In this document: positions 21,966 through 34,795 of the stretch, piece after piece
Layout of the letters: the number at the start of each line of letters is the position of its first letter
Position numbering within the stretch: the first letter of the stretch is position 1
DNA from: Mytilus trossulus
Taxonomy: Eukaryota
Assembly: GCF_036588685.1 (NCBI RefSeq)
Contig: NC_086374.1
Location: 9,982,001-10,046,000, forward strand
Reading direction: 5' to 3'
DNA: 64,000 nucleotides
Notes under the pieces: generated by a model
What the model was told of the DNA's origin: nothing
Databases searched by the model: none
Seen by the model: the letters and a program-made list of their open reading frames with translations, nothing else
Made by a program: the position numbers and the translations under genes

Positions 21966-24953
21966 TCAAAAACAAAGATAAGTATCATTTATGTAGTTTT
22001 ATCCCTTTCAGTATTAGGAAGCGTTTACACATCTCTTGATTATTACAAGGTAAACAATCTTTTACATCATCATCTTAAAAATACAAATGACAATAGAACA
22101 TTGTAGAATGTTATCAAGTTAATTTAATTTATTTCCATTTTTTTATCCTATTTCATGTGATTTCGAAACAAATGAGTATACGACAGTTAAAAACATAAAG
22201 CTGAAAAAAGGCTGAAAAAAGGCTGAAAATTCATCCAATATTCATATTCAATATTAATATTCACACTTTGTTTATTAATAAAACATCAAATTGTTTCGTT
22301 ATGTTATCCATACTTTCCTACCGGTTTCAGTGTTTCACAGATATTCATCGATATCAGTGAAACAGTGAAACTATGGAAATCATTTTTTGATTTTATAGAC
22401 AAAATATGAATATTCATATCGAATAAAAATATTTGAGGCATTTTCAGCCTCATTTCCCACCTATTTTACGCAGAGCTTGGACAAAATTTATAACTTTTCA
22501 ATTTATACTAGGCAACAAAATAAACGATTTTTAATTCTCCATAAATAATGCGAATTGCAGCTCCTAGTCAGACTTTGGAAAACGTCACTTGTGTCTGAGC
22601 AGAAAGTCTTATCTTTTTTCTAAAATAGTTCATCGAAAGGTACCAAGACCTTGTTGATGAATATTCCGTATCAACTTCACAAATAATACATGATGGTTTT
22701 GAAGTATAGATTCTGCATACTGACGTTGTTTATACTATTTGACTTGACTCTGTATTTATGTATCACGTCATACTTTGAACGACTAAATTATTTTATTTTA
22801 ACTGTGTAATGTCAAACGAGCGATTCTACGCCTGAACTTAAAATATTTCTATCCTTAATGGGTGGAGTTTACATAGATAAATAAAATCGCAAGCTAGCTA
22901 TGAAACCTGGTTCAATTCACCATTTTCTACATAAAAAAATGTCTGTTCCAAATGAGGAATATGACAGCTTGTGCGTTATATTGTTCAGAAGTCGTGCTTT
23001 TTCGAATGCTCATTCAGACACATTTGTGTGTTTGTTTGTTCTGTTGTGTAAATTGACATCAGCAAGTATCTTCACATGCATGCACAAGACGATGCAATTC
23101 TGGTACATACGTCATTCCATTGATTTTGATTAGAGACTTTCCGTTTTGAATTTTCCACGAAGTTCAGTACTTTTGTTACTTTACTTTATATTTCTATAAA
23201 TCAATAGAATAAAACTCTTATGTGTAAAGCATATGCATGAACTTCTAGAGGTAGCTATTCAAAACTTTTTTGTTTGGTATGATTTTCAGAACTTGCCACT
23301 GAATGCTCTATATTTCATATCCTTTATTACAGAGATTGCCACCAGTAGCCTTTGACTCGGCAAATAGTGATCTCCCTCAAATGAAGTTTGAAACCATCAC
23401 TGTAGGAAAAGGGCGTTTAAAAACCTATATCAAAGCTAACTTTAAAATGAACAAAAACTAATATTTCGGCAGTCACTATCATTCTACATGGTTTGTAGAT
23501 AATATTCCTGTTACATCTTGTAATTAATCGTATTAAACACATCTTTTATTATCAAACAGTATCACAACAACTTGTTTTCCAACAGCCACGTGAACTAAAA
23601 TAGACAAGAGATAAAAAAAAATTGCATTCACGATTTGTTAAGCTTTAAACAGAAAGAAGTCTTAGTAAAGACAAGTAATAATATTATCCTATCATGGAAA
23701 AGATTTATGAGAGTATGGCAGGTTCGAACTGGTGTTATATTGTTCTTCAATCCTCGAAACGTTTTATTTCAACCGGTCTTATGTTTAAAATAACACAACA
23801 TCATTTGTTACATAGTACTATATTTAATAACTTAAAACAAAATATCATAGTATCTGTAATATTTGTACTTATAAAGAGCTAGTTATTTTTGTTTCCTATA
23901 TCGATATATTAGTACAAACTAATTAACGTTGATGAGATATGTCAAAGTAACCTATATTTTGTAGTTTACATTCAGAACACGGATTTCTCCGCCTATGGGA
24001 GTTCAGTGAAATATGTTTCTGATGGACGTTTGATTTCATCCGATCTATCAACTTCTTTGACGCCACATGATATTGCAAAAACAACTTTTAAAGTTATTGT
24101 CAGATACAAGCATGATGAATTTTTACGCTTAAAAAAGAAGAAGGAAACAAAACATTTCTACAGCTATCAGAATTATGAAATTACATTCAAAGGTTCTGAC
24201 TTATATTGCCCTGTAACTGTCTCTTCAGTAACATATAACTTTGAGGATTTTGAGTTTTTTATTGCCAAGCAATCGAGTACAAGGAAATACAGAGGCATGT
24301 TTGGTTTCGCCCACGACTCTGATAGTTCTGTTAATGAAATCTCCACGTCATTTGAAGGGTTCGAAATCAAAACAAAACCATCCAGGTATGTGAACGATAT
24401 AGCCACACGGGATGGTAATACTACACTGCTCACCTTTTCAGAAATCTCAGTTCCTGCATTTTCCAACAAGCTTAAGGTTGTCGATATTGATTTAGTGGAA
24501 GACACCAAGAGACGGTATCATGGTTTGTTAAAAGTAACAGTTTCTACAACTAACAGGTTAAACGTAGATATCAAGTATGTTTTTGAACTAACGAGATATC
24601 TTTACAATGGTTTAAGCCTCAAAGAGCCTTTCTTTCCTCTAACTGGATTAATCATAACAAATTTCGAAGAAAGTGGTGACGCAGAAAAGCCAACATTAAT
24701 ATGCAGAGTATTTGGTTTTAGAAATGCCAAAGTTGAATTATTTCTACAAACAACAAAGTCTGATGACAGAGTAGAAGTTACCAAGAATGTTTACCCGATC
24801 TACAATGAATTCGAAACAGTGCAAACTCTAGTCTTTGTTGAAAAAAGTGACAGACAGGCTGGGACATATTACTGTGTAGCAACTTGTTTAGACGGAGACA
24901 AAAAGAAAAAAGTCGAAAAAAGAAAAAAATATGCTTTTGTAATGAATAGTTAG
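21966..24953 (+). pseudogene. Probable three-exon gene or pseudogene for a secreted protein with a C-terminal Ig-like domain
   Basis: Exon 1 ~21966-22049 SKTKISIIYVVLSLSVLGSVYTSLDYYK|gtaaac (signal peptide, no in-frame ATG). Exon 2 23333-23490 RLPPVAFDS..KMNK/TNISAVTIILH|gtttgt (needs a 1-nt correction). Exon 3 23965-24953. Confidence 0.6.
23965..24953 (+). CDS. Terminal coding exon with Ig-like domain (includes ORF 24006-24953)
   Basis: Open for ~329 codons in AT-rich DNA after acceptor ttttgtag; PTLICRVFGF..VELF...DRQAGTYYCVAT fits the Ig B-strand Cys and F-strand GxYxC; ATTAAA at ~25007. Confidence 0.72.
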
Positions 24954-25093
24954 TACTTGAATAGAACCTCAGTTTAAGATTCGACGTCAAAAAAATATGA
25001 TAAACAATTAAAACACAGTTATATAAGGGCTTCATTTGATTATCTTTCTTGTTACAAAACAGTAATAAATATCAAGCTAAAATAGTCACTAAA

Positions 25094-26095
25094 AGAGGGA
25101 CGAAAGAAACCAGATGGACAGTCAAATTCATCAATCGAAATAAACTGACAACGCCATGGGTAGAAATGAAAAAGACAAATAGACAAACAATAGTACACAT
25201 GACACAAACTTCGACGAAGCAAATCTAATCCTTGGTAGAACAAATTCAAGGTCAACAATTGTTTTCTCTTTTCACTTTTTTTTTTGCATTTACATTTCGA
25301 TCGTCTAAGTGTTTTTACAAATTGATAACTGTATCAAAATTTCATTGAATTTTACAAATCATGGACACACCCATCTACAAAATCCAAAGATATCATCATG
25401 AGTAAAATAATAAAAAAAAAACACCTGTATTTTATTAATATTGGATAATTTACTTCTCAACATTATACTATTACACAAAAACAGCAGTTGCAATCGAGTC
25501 TGAGGATTCCGTAGAAAAGTGTACAAATTGTTTTGATTCAGTGGGGCTATAAATACCTTTATATAATATTTTCATGTAAAATATAAGATGTGGTACGGTT
25601 TTCAATGAGATAAGACCAAATCATATAGTCACCGTACCACTTTGAACAATGAGCATAGCTCATTCTGATCCATACTGCATAATCAGCTATGCAGGACCCC
25701 GAAATGACGATTGAAAACAATTTAAACGTGAAAACTAACAGCCTAATTTATGTACAAAAAATAACAAAACAGCACAACAAATAATAGTACACACGACACA
25801 AAATAGAAACAGTAGACCGAGCAACACGACCCCCCCCCCCCCCCCCCCCCAACAACAACTGGGTACGATCTCTGGTGCTCCGGAAGGGTAAGCCGATTCT
25901 GCTGAACATGTCGTCCTGTTGCTCATGTTTTTAAGTAGTCATATTCGTAAAAAGGGCACGGGATTGTAGTAACGACATAAGGAACAGATCAAATATCATC
26001 TGTGAAACGGTTATTCTATAACTGTCTACCAACTCATGATGGTGTCCGTAAATTTCACGAAGGGAGGATTTCAACTTCACCATTTGGCACTCTTC
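25094..26095 (-). repeat. Cluster of Penelope-like 3'-end fragments and dispersed repeats
   Basis: 25094-25210 and 25760-26095 match 57712-58140; ORF 25931 reads QMVKLKSSLREIYGHHHELVD; poly-C at ~25830-25850. Confidence 0.75.
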
Positions 26096-29000
26096 TGATC
26101 CTAATTGTGAATTTTTAGATGTGCGGTTTAACATGTTAGCGGAATACTAGTCATCCCAAAACCAAGGTTTACGGTACAACATAAGAACGAACTATACAAA
26201 ATGAGTTGAAAAAGGCCTAACTTATCAGATGGATATGAACAGAAACATATCTATAAAAACATAGAGTGTACGATCACGAATAGGTGCACAACAAGTAAAC
26301 AATGAAGGTTCTCATAGCTACTGACAGCTAGTTCAAAACAATTAACAACTAATAAAAAAATCATTTAAGACTAAATTATTAATCAGTACAAATTCAACAT
26401 TCAACTGATTTAGTGTAAAGACGTTATAAAAAGTCAGAGAAAACATGACTTTGTGCAATGTTATGCTACAGGAAGAAGATAACTTTTTTCTCGTTTTTCA
26501 GTTGTTAGTTTTTTACTTTTGAGTAAAATATTGATACTTGGACATCATTTAATACCAAAAATTTATATTTTCTTTTGGCGTCTTCTAATAATAAATATAG
26601 TAAAGTTCTTCACATTTGATGTTATACTTCACACACTTCCTTCTTATTGTTCTTCTGTCATTGTCATTAGCATTATCTGGTTATTTCGAATTCTTAGAAC
26701 TTAAATGTCTCTTTATTCTATATATATAGAAACTACTATGAAAATTTGTCCAGTGGGTAGTACTTTTTCATAACTTTTGTAGTAGTCTAATTACCTGTCC
26801 ACTTGATGGACTACATTTTATGGCAATGGACATTATAAATAACAAAATTCTACGAACAACTGTCCAGGTGGACACTTTTTTAAAGGGCACTATATTGTCT
26901 ATCATATAGTCGTGCGTCCAGCGGACAAACCACTGAATAAAATACTTAACGTATAATTACTATACTATATATAAAAATATTAATTTTCGCGAACCATTTA
27001 GGTCACGGAAATTCCAAAATATGGCATCAGTAAGGAGAGTTGTGCAAATAATGTGAATACACAGAACCCCCATCCAAATTATCTTTAGCTAAAAGTATTC
27101 ATCATTTCCTATTTTATATGTACTAACAACATTCCATTTTTCTTTAATTTCGATTAAAATATTCCAAAATCTGAGTCAAAAAAGGTTTAATGCCCAAAAT
27201 AAGCATTGTCTGATTGGTTGAAGTACCGTGGCGTCAATGATAAGCATAGCAAGCCTCGATGTAAAGCACACGCTTCACATGAATAAGGAGAGTTTTACAA
27301 ATAATGTGAATACACAGATCCTCCATCCTATTTACATTTTGCTGAAAATGTTGCAATGTTCATCATTTCTGTTTTGATTCTGCTAACAACATTCCATTTT
27401 TTCTTTACTTCCGATTTAAATATGTGGAACCCGCAATAAAAATAGATGGCCTCAATCAAGGATTTGTATAGTGTGAAGGTCTCACTATACAAACGCAACG
27501 CAAAAAATTCCGTTGACTCTGATTTCAACGTATTGATAATAAACCCATTCACAAATAAAGATCTCCTTGCGCTCAAATGTAATTCTTAGTGAAGTATGCT
27601 GGTAATTTCGTTTACGAAAACTTATACACACTTTATCATTATTATTTTACCAGGCTTTTGCAAATTCACGTTTGTTTATGCTGAACTTTAGTCAAATTCA
27701 ATTTTATACATATTTTTTTTACGTAATGCAATAGGAGTAAGAATATTATTTCGCGCCACTTTAACCAGCATCATCACCATCAACAAAATTATTAACGTTA
27801 TCTTTGTGAAATTCAGTTATATAGTTTTTTAAATAGAGAAATTTTGGTAAGTATTACTTATTAATGTTAAGGTTCTACTGATGTGCTTCTCTAGACCTCT
27901 TTGACGGTCCGTTTTATCCCATGTATCTCAATATTATCTCCGATGACAGAAATGTCAACCAGACCTATTCGTGTCAAAAGTGAAAATCGCATCTATTTGA
28001 TGAACTAATTTATTCTTAAACTGAACATGCATTATTTCAGTATAATTTAATAACCAATCACATTCACGTTGCATGTTTGCATGAAATTGTCCTGTATTAG
28101 TGAATTGTAAGGGCGGTGCAACTTGAGGTCAGTGCACGATCACGTGACATTATTATTTGTAAACAAATTAACATTCTCCCCGCGTAACACGTGTCTGAAT
28201 TATCCTTTCAAAGTGTTATGAATCTTTCAATCGCTATTTTATGATATATTTTTAGGTTTGCATATCAGTAGTCAAAGTGAATTAGACATAGTTTCTGAGT
28301 TGTGTGGGTTTTTTTATATAGAATTAGAAGGTAAAACTACATAAGGTGGTCTCATGGGGGGGGGGGGGGGGGGGGTTCTGATCCCGGATCCCACTTACTG
28401 TTTTGTCAGATTCCTGTATCCCGCTTACACTATGTACATAAGCAATTCTCATTTTTTCCTCATATCCCGGGTCCCCCAAAACCTCATTTCCCGTTTTCAC
28501 GACACAATAATTTGACTTTCACGTTTCACGCTTACGAAAAATCGTCAATTAACTTCAACCAAAAAGATGACTCAACTTCCCTCTATATTTAAAACCTGCA
28601 TACTAATTTAAACAGCATTTTCCCCCCTTGAACACTATTTGGCCCCTTCTGTGTCATTTCCCTTTAAATTTGCTCAAAAGTCATACTTTTAGTCTATTTA
28701 CAATAATGGCTGATATGTGATTTCACCATCTTAACTGCAATTTTCATATTGAACACATTTGACTATTCAATATGAGTTCCCATGTATTTTTGTCATACAT
28801 GAAGGAGGTTTTAGGTCATGTTTTCCTAAACACCTTATTGCTATTTGTCTGTCTGGATTGTTAAAACCACAAAAGTCATGTCTTTTTCAGGACTTCTGAA
28901 TCCAACCATGTAGTATGGAATGTTATTGAAATATGGTTTTGGTGGATGGATGGTCATGAAGGACCTGTAGTACAAAGTATATCACTGGATTTAGCTCTTT

Positions 29001-29385
29001 GTCTAAGTGTATTATTAAAGTACTTTGCTTTGAGCTCAGTTCATTGTTATGAAATTCATTCTTTGTGAAATAAAGATTTGATAGACAACTCTAATGGACA
29101 AGGATTTGTCAATGTAGTATCACCTCTATGTACAATGTAAGTATTCAGGAGATAAAAGCCTTCTATTTTGATTTGAACCAAACATTTTATAAAAAAACAA
29201 ATTTACCGGACAATGCTACTCCCGCTACTAGCAATATGATGCTAGGTTGTTTTAATACATCTGTACTGCCTGCTGATGACTCGGCCCTGAGTGTAAATGG
29301 TCCTTCAATTAGGAGGAAAAAAATTATAAGGCCTATCTAGTCTAATCGATTTCTAAAACTATATTTCATTGCACATGTTCAACAT

Positions 29386-30336
29386 TTTTATACAATCACA
29401 AAAAATTTTGGGTCGTAAATTGGTATCCTGTCCTAAAGATGGATAATTACTTTAGTATAAGTAAATAGAAATCAATAAAATTATAACACAACGTTTATAA
29501 CCACAAAAGGAAGCTTGGGATTGATTTTGGGGGTTGTGGTCCCTAAGGTTTAGGAATAAGCGGTACATAGGTGCACAAAACAAGCCTTAATCTAGTGTCG
29601 GTATGAAAAGTTGTGTATCAGTATTTCAATTGTTCTGAAATTGTACCACTATGTTTAATACCATAAGTAGAAGGTCTGAATATATTGTGTGGGTTATGGG
29701 ACAAACAGTCTAATAATTAAGGGTCAAAAACAAACATTTTTGTAGATTCAAGACCCTTAATTGGAGTTATCGTTTTGTCCAGAATGGTTGTTGAATTACC
29801 TTATACCAATGCTTTATGAAATCTTCTTTGAAAATTGGAGTGATCTTTCTTTGTTCAGTCAACTTAAATCAATGCTATATACAATATACAATGCAATATT
29901 CACTTTATTACCAACTGATGAATTAAAGCAGTCATTAATAACCATTCAGTGATTACAAGCACTTTCTAGGGGTATGCCCTTTCACAAATGGAAAAATTGT
30001 ACAATTTTTTAGTTTCTGATCTCTTAACTTAAGTTTGTCTCCACTAAATTTTTCTCATTTCAGAAATTAAAACAAAATTTCTTCAGATATTTTTTGTTTG
30101 AAAGGATTAATATTCAACAGCATAGTGAATTGCTCCTAAACCAAAAGCAAAACAAATATTTTAAGTTCATTAGACCACATTCATTCTGTGTCGGAAACCT
30201 AAGCTGTGTCATCTATTTAATCACAATCCAAACTCAGAGCTGTTTCCAGCTTAAATGTTGTGTCAATACTAGCCCCAACTGTTCAGGGTTCGACATCTGC
30301 AGTCGTATAAAGCTGGGCTCTGCGGAGCATCTGGTC
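29386..30336 (+). mobile_element. HINE-like element, same family as 18849-20091, retaining both ends
   Basis: 5' ttttatacaatcaca..ggtcgtaaattggtatc; decayed 160-bp units; 3' subterminal gcagtcgtataaa (inverse of tttatacgaccgc) followed by a short GC stem-loop region gctgggctctgcggagcatctggt. Confidence 0.7.
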
Positions 30337-31346
30337 CATTCATTTGTTTATTTTTCAATTTGTGTGAATTAACATTGTTAAAGTTAATGCTAATTACTAC
30401 ACTTTCATACCACAACAAATATTGTATTGGTACATGTATCACTCATATGTGTATCAATAAAACAAACAAAAATGAAAAGGAATAATTTTGCATTACCTTT
30501 TTAGATATGTAGACATATTTAGACTAATTAGTAGATGTTGATAATGTTGGCTAAAAATGCTTGAAATTCTATCAGATTACTTTTGGAGCAGTTATGTGTT
30601 TTTGAAGCATGCTTACAAAGGTTCTTTTGGTGAAATCATTTTCATATTGGTCAAAATAATTTTCTTTGCTTCGACCAGCTTTGGAGGAGATATAATTCAG
30701 CACATACGTTTATTTCCTAGATCGTCTATCCCCAAGCATCATGTCAGGCATTATTAAAAACCAATAAATGTATTCTAATCTGAGGAACAATTTGACATTT
30801 TAACACTTAATTTTAACTAATGATACTGACGATCCACCACAAAGTAATATAAATAGAACCATACCAAATACCAATATTAAGCAAATACATATCAAAAAGA
30901 GGTGGTACATGTATGATTGCCAACGAGACAATTCTCCACAAGAGACCAAATCGACACCGAAATTATCAACTACAGGTCACTTTACAGCCATAAACAATGA
31001 GCAAAGCCAATACCGCATAATCAGCTATAAAATGCCCTGAAATGACAATGTAAAACAATTCAAGCGAGAAAACTAATGGCCTTATTTTTATTGAAAAAAT
31101 AAACAAAAAACTAATATGTAACACATAAACAAACGAAAACCACTGAATTACAGGTTCCTTATATCATGTACTTAAAACTAGATATCATCTCCCATTAAGA
31201 AAAAAAAAACACGTGAAAAAAGAACCTATTATGTGTTGCTCTCCTAGGTATAAAATGTATCCAAAATCAAAGATGTAGAACATATTCTATAATAATCATT
31301 TGGTAACTAATGTAATTACTGTCTCCTCCGTGCCCGTCTTGAACAT

Positions 31347-31822
31347 AAAAGAATGTGTCCAAAGTACACGGATCAAAAACTACCTTGACCAAAAACTTTA
31401 ACCTGAAACTCCCACTTTCATTTTCTATGTTCAATGGACCGTGAAATTGGGGTCAAAAGTCTAATTTAGATTTGAAATTAGAAAGATCATATCATATGCA
31501 ACAAGTGTACTAATTTTCAAGTTGATTGGACTTCAGCTTCATCAAAAACTACCTTGACCAAAAACTTTTACCTGAAACTCCCACTTTCATTTACTATGTT
31601 CAATGGACCGTGAAATTGGGGTCAAAAGTCTAATTTGGCTTTAAAATTTAAAGAATCATATCATAATGAACATGTTTACTAAGTTTCAAGTTGATTGGAC
31701 TTCAGCTTCATCAAAAACTACCTTGACCAAAAACTTTAACCTAAAGCAGGACAAACGAACGAACGGACCCACAGACCAGAAAACATAATGCCCCTCTACT
31801 ATCGTAGTTGGGGGCATAACAA
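31347..31822 (-). mobile_element. HINE-like element with ~171-bp internal tandem repeat
   Basis: caaaaactaccttgaccaaaaacttt repeated three times, (gaac)n, terminal hairpin atgcccctctac..gtagttgggggcat. Confidence 0.72.
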
Positions 31823-33319
31823 ATTTAATAAATAACACTCATAATGCTTAGATTGTTTGTCATCGTGCAACATAGTTAATGACATCATATAGGAAAAACA
31901 GAGAACTCATTTTGTCATAAGACACTTAACTGTCAAACATCCATACATACTCATCTGTGTCCACACTTGTTTCTTATCCAAAATATATTTGTTGTGCGTT
32001 CGTTTGTGGTTTGGGAATCATCATGTGACCTTCTACATGCATTGCAATTGCTGGGATGTACAGGAATTCATCAAACATAAATTGGAGGAGATATTTTCAA
32101 TAAATCGATGAGAGAGAAATTGACAATGAGGTACGACAGTGAATTATATTTCACAAGAAAAATGAAGGTTTCAATTTCAACATTTGGAACTTTCCATTTC
32201 TTTGTAACAACTTTCAAAGGCTGAGTTTTCTATCATTATTTTCGTTATATATCGTTGCTGCTTACGAGGAAGTTGTTTAATGGTTGGTTGTTATTCATAG
32301 TGGTTAAGTTTGCCTTCAATAAAGTGCTCTTTAGGGGTTATTATGAGAAAATGAATGGGGGATAGCCTTCTCCCTTCCCTACCATAGTCTCCATTCACCA
32401 ACCACTCTTCTGCTTTCGCCCACCCGAAAAAACTATATATATCTCATTACCAGAAAAAAAATAAAGGTTTTTTTCTTCACAATTTTTATTACATCAAACA
32501 GAAAACTTTTTCGTTTTCTACTTATTCATTGACTTTCACGAAAGCCGCACTTATCTTGATACTGGAACCAAACCACAATGCAAAATACAATATAGTACAC
32601 ACGAGACGATTTAAAAAAAAAGAAGCTATTTTTGGAGTATTTATACAGCATCCGAAAACCAAAGATATTCAAAGTTTGATTTATGTTGTTCCAAAAAGGA
32701 AAATCCATACACGATTTTAGATCTATAAAAATTCCACCCATAACAAATTATACAGAAACAACAAGAACAATCACATATTATACAAATTAAAGATTCCCTT
32801 AAAACCAAACACATTGAAAATAAATTAGAAATTAAAAGAGTTACTTATTTGCTCATTTCTAGAATAAACTTAATATAATCGGAATTAAAGTAGGCTTGTG
32901 TGGTGTGGTATCGGCCGGCAGAACCGCCAACAATGTGTAGGAGGTATTTTGTACACAGATATACTTCAGAGTGAAAATATCAAGCCTTCTACTATCAGCT
33001 ATTTGCTCTCCACAGAATAAAAGTGTAAAGAATGATCATATTATTATTATAACTTAGCTTCAGGTTTAGTCTGAATATTGGCAAGAATTAGTTATGTCTT
33101 TCTGTCAAAACTACACGAAACACAGTTAAATATCGTTTCATCTCAGGTTTAAGTAGGTTTCCTATAAATAATCTTTTATAGCTCTAGGAGTAACTAGCTC
33201 CATAACTTATCAGAGCCACGGGCAAATGATAGCAACAGGATATTCAAACTGATAAGTGAAACACAAAATGAAAACTTCATGCCAAAAACACATGAATTAA
33301 CTTCTGTTTTTACTAATAA

Positions 33320-33475
33320 AGCATATGAAAATAATAGAATTGATGACAGGTTGTAGGTATGGGAATCGAATAACCCCTTTAATAACAGACTTGTTCCTCT
33401 ATTGTTATGAACAGGTTATGGCGAACATGAGTAAAGATTTGTCGGAATTTCATTTAATTGATAAAATCAAGAAGA
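33320..33475 (+). pseudogene. Small Penelope-like RT fragment
   Basis: TPLITDLFLYCYEQ..MSKD resembles the CAPLxADLFL motif seen at ~58560-58610. Confidence 0.5.
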
Positions 33476-34205
33476 CATACCATACCGTTCGCGAATCAAA
33501 ATATGCAAGGGAAATTAAATGAGTTTTATTTTAAATATATATTATTTGCTTAAATATTCAGAAGGTATGAGACACAAGTAAATCAAATTTATAATTATTC
33601 TCCTATATAACAATAGAATATTTACAAAGCATACATGCGAATATTATACATTATATATATTGCATATGTGTAAACTGACGACTCCATGGCTAAAAACAGA
33701 CCAACAGTACATACAACAGAAAACAGAAAATCAAAACCCGAGCAACACGAAACTATGGGTGATAACAATAGAAACTTCGGACTATATCCCCATTGGTCTT
33801 TTTTGTATAGAGTAGGTTGTGATGTGAATTTGCAGTTTCAGCAAATAAAAAAAACGAATGAAACAAGTGCATTTCTAACCTTATCGATGAAAATAGTTAT
33901 AATGTCTTAAGAAACTAGAAGAAATCAAAAGAAAAACATAAAAGAAATTTTTAGTTTATTTGATTGCAAATGGTTTCATTTCGAAGGATTTCAATCATAT
34001 TAAGGCGTAATTCAGTTGAATTCATTTATTTAAAATAATGACGTTTTTTTTTTATCATTATCAATATATAGACTTTAAACTGTACCTACAAATGTATAGA
34101 TAACATGTGTTATTCTTATGTACACAGGGAAGTCAATATAATATTATATAGTGTTCGATGTAAAAAAAACATATGTGATTTTCACAAATAAAGATATTAT
34201 ATAAA

Positions 34206-34262
34206 ATGATGATGGATTTTAACGTTAGACTTTATCTTCTAGTACTCTTGTGTTTTATACAC
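34206..34262 (+). CDS. Exon 1 of Notch-ligand-like membrane protein gene (signal peptide)
   Basis: ATG..MMMDFNVRLYLLVLLCFIH|gtaagt, phase 0; joins VHG-ES of exon 2 to give a plausible signal peptidase site. Confidence 0.72.
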
Positions 34263-34795
34263 GTAAGTAAACAAACGTATGATGTCAAATAATACACTTT
34301 TCCTAATCGAAAAATTGTTGAATGTGATTTTCGTGAATAAAGAAAGATTGATAACCTTTATTGTATGGGCTATCTATATATATAAAAGGTTAGGCTAGAG
34401 ATACGTCCAGTATTTAAAATCTACGTAGCAGCAACGACATTGAACGCACCTGATAACAAATTTATGCACGAAAATGTGAACCGCGCGTAATAATATTATC
34501 TGCGTTATTCACGTTTTTTTGTGTGCGTTTTTGATTATTTAAATAAGTCTACTAGTTATTCCTTTTAATACAGCGACGTTCATGCAAGTAAAGTACGTAT
34601 GTGGTGCATAGATTATTACATGGGATTTTACATATATGACCCTTTATAGGCCGAAGGTTCAAGGGCTAATATCATGAGCAAGAGCCGATAAAGGGTCAAA
34701 ATAACATTCAATGATTTATTTGTATTACAGATCATCATATACTGCAGCAGAATAAATACCGACAAGAACAATTAAAATTTTGTCTCTCTTTTAAT

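Noticed and set aside
28356-28375. Poly-G tract (and poly-C at 25830-25850) as regulatory G-quadruplex
   Set aside because: Both lie within repeat copies; no evidence of function.
28560-29340. Possible minus-strand exon (hydrophobic stretch ending at a gtaaat donor ~29207)
   Set aside because: No in-phase neighbouring exon could be found and adjacent frames contain stops; probably a decayed repeat.
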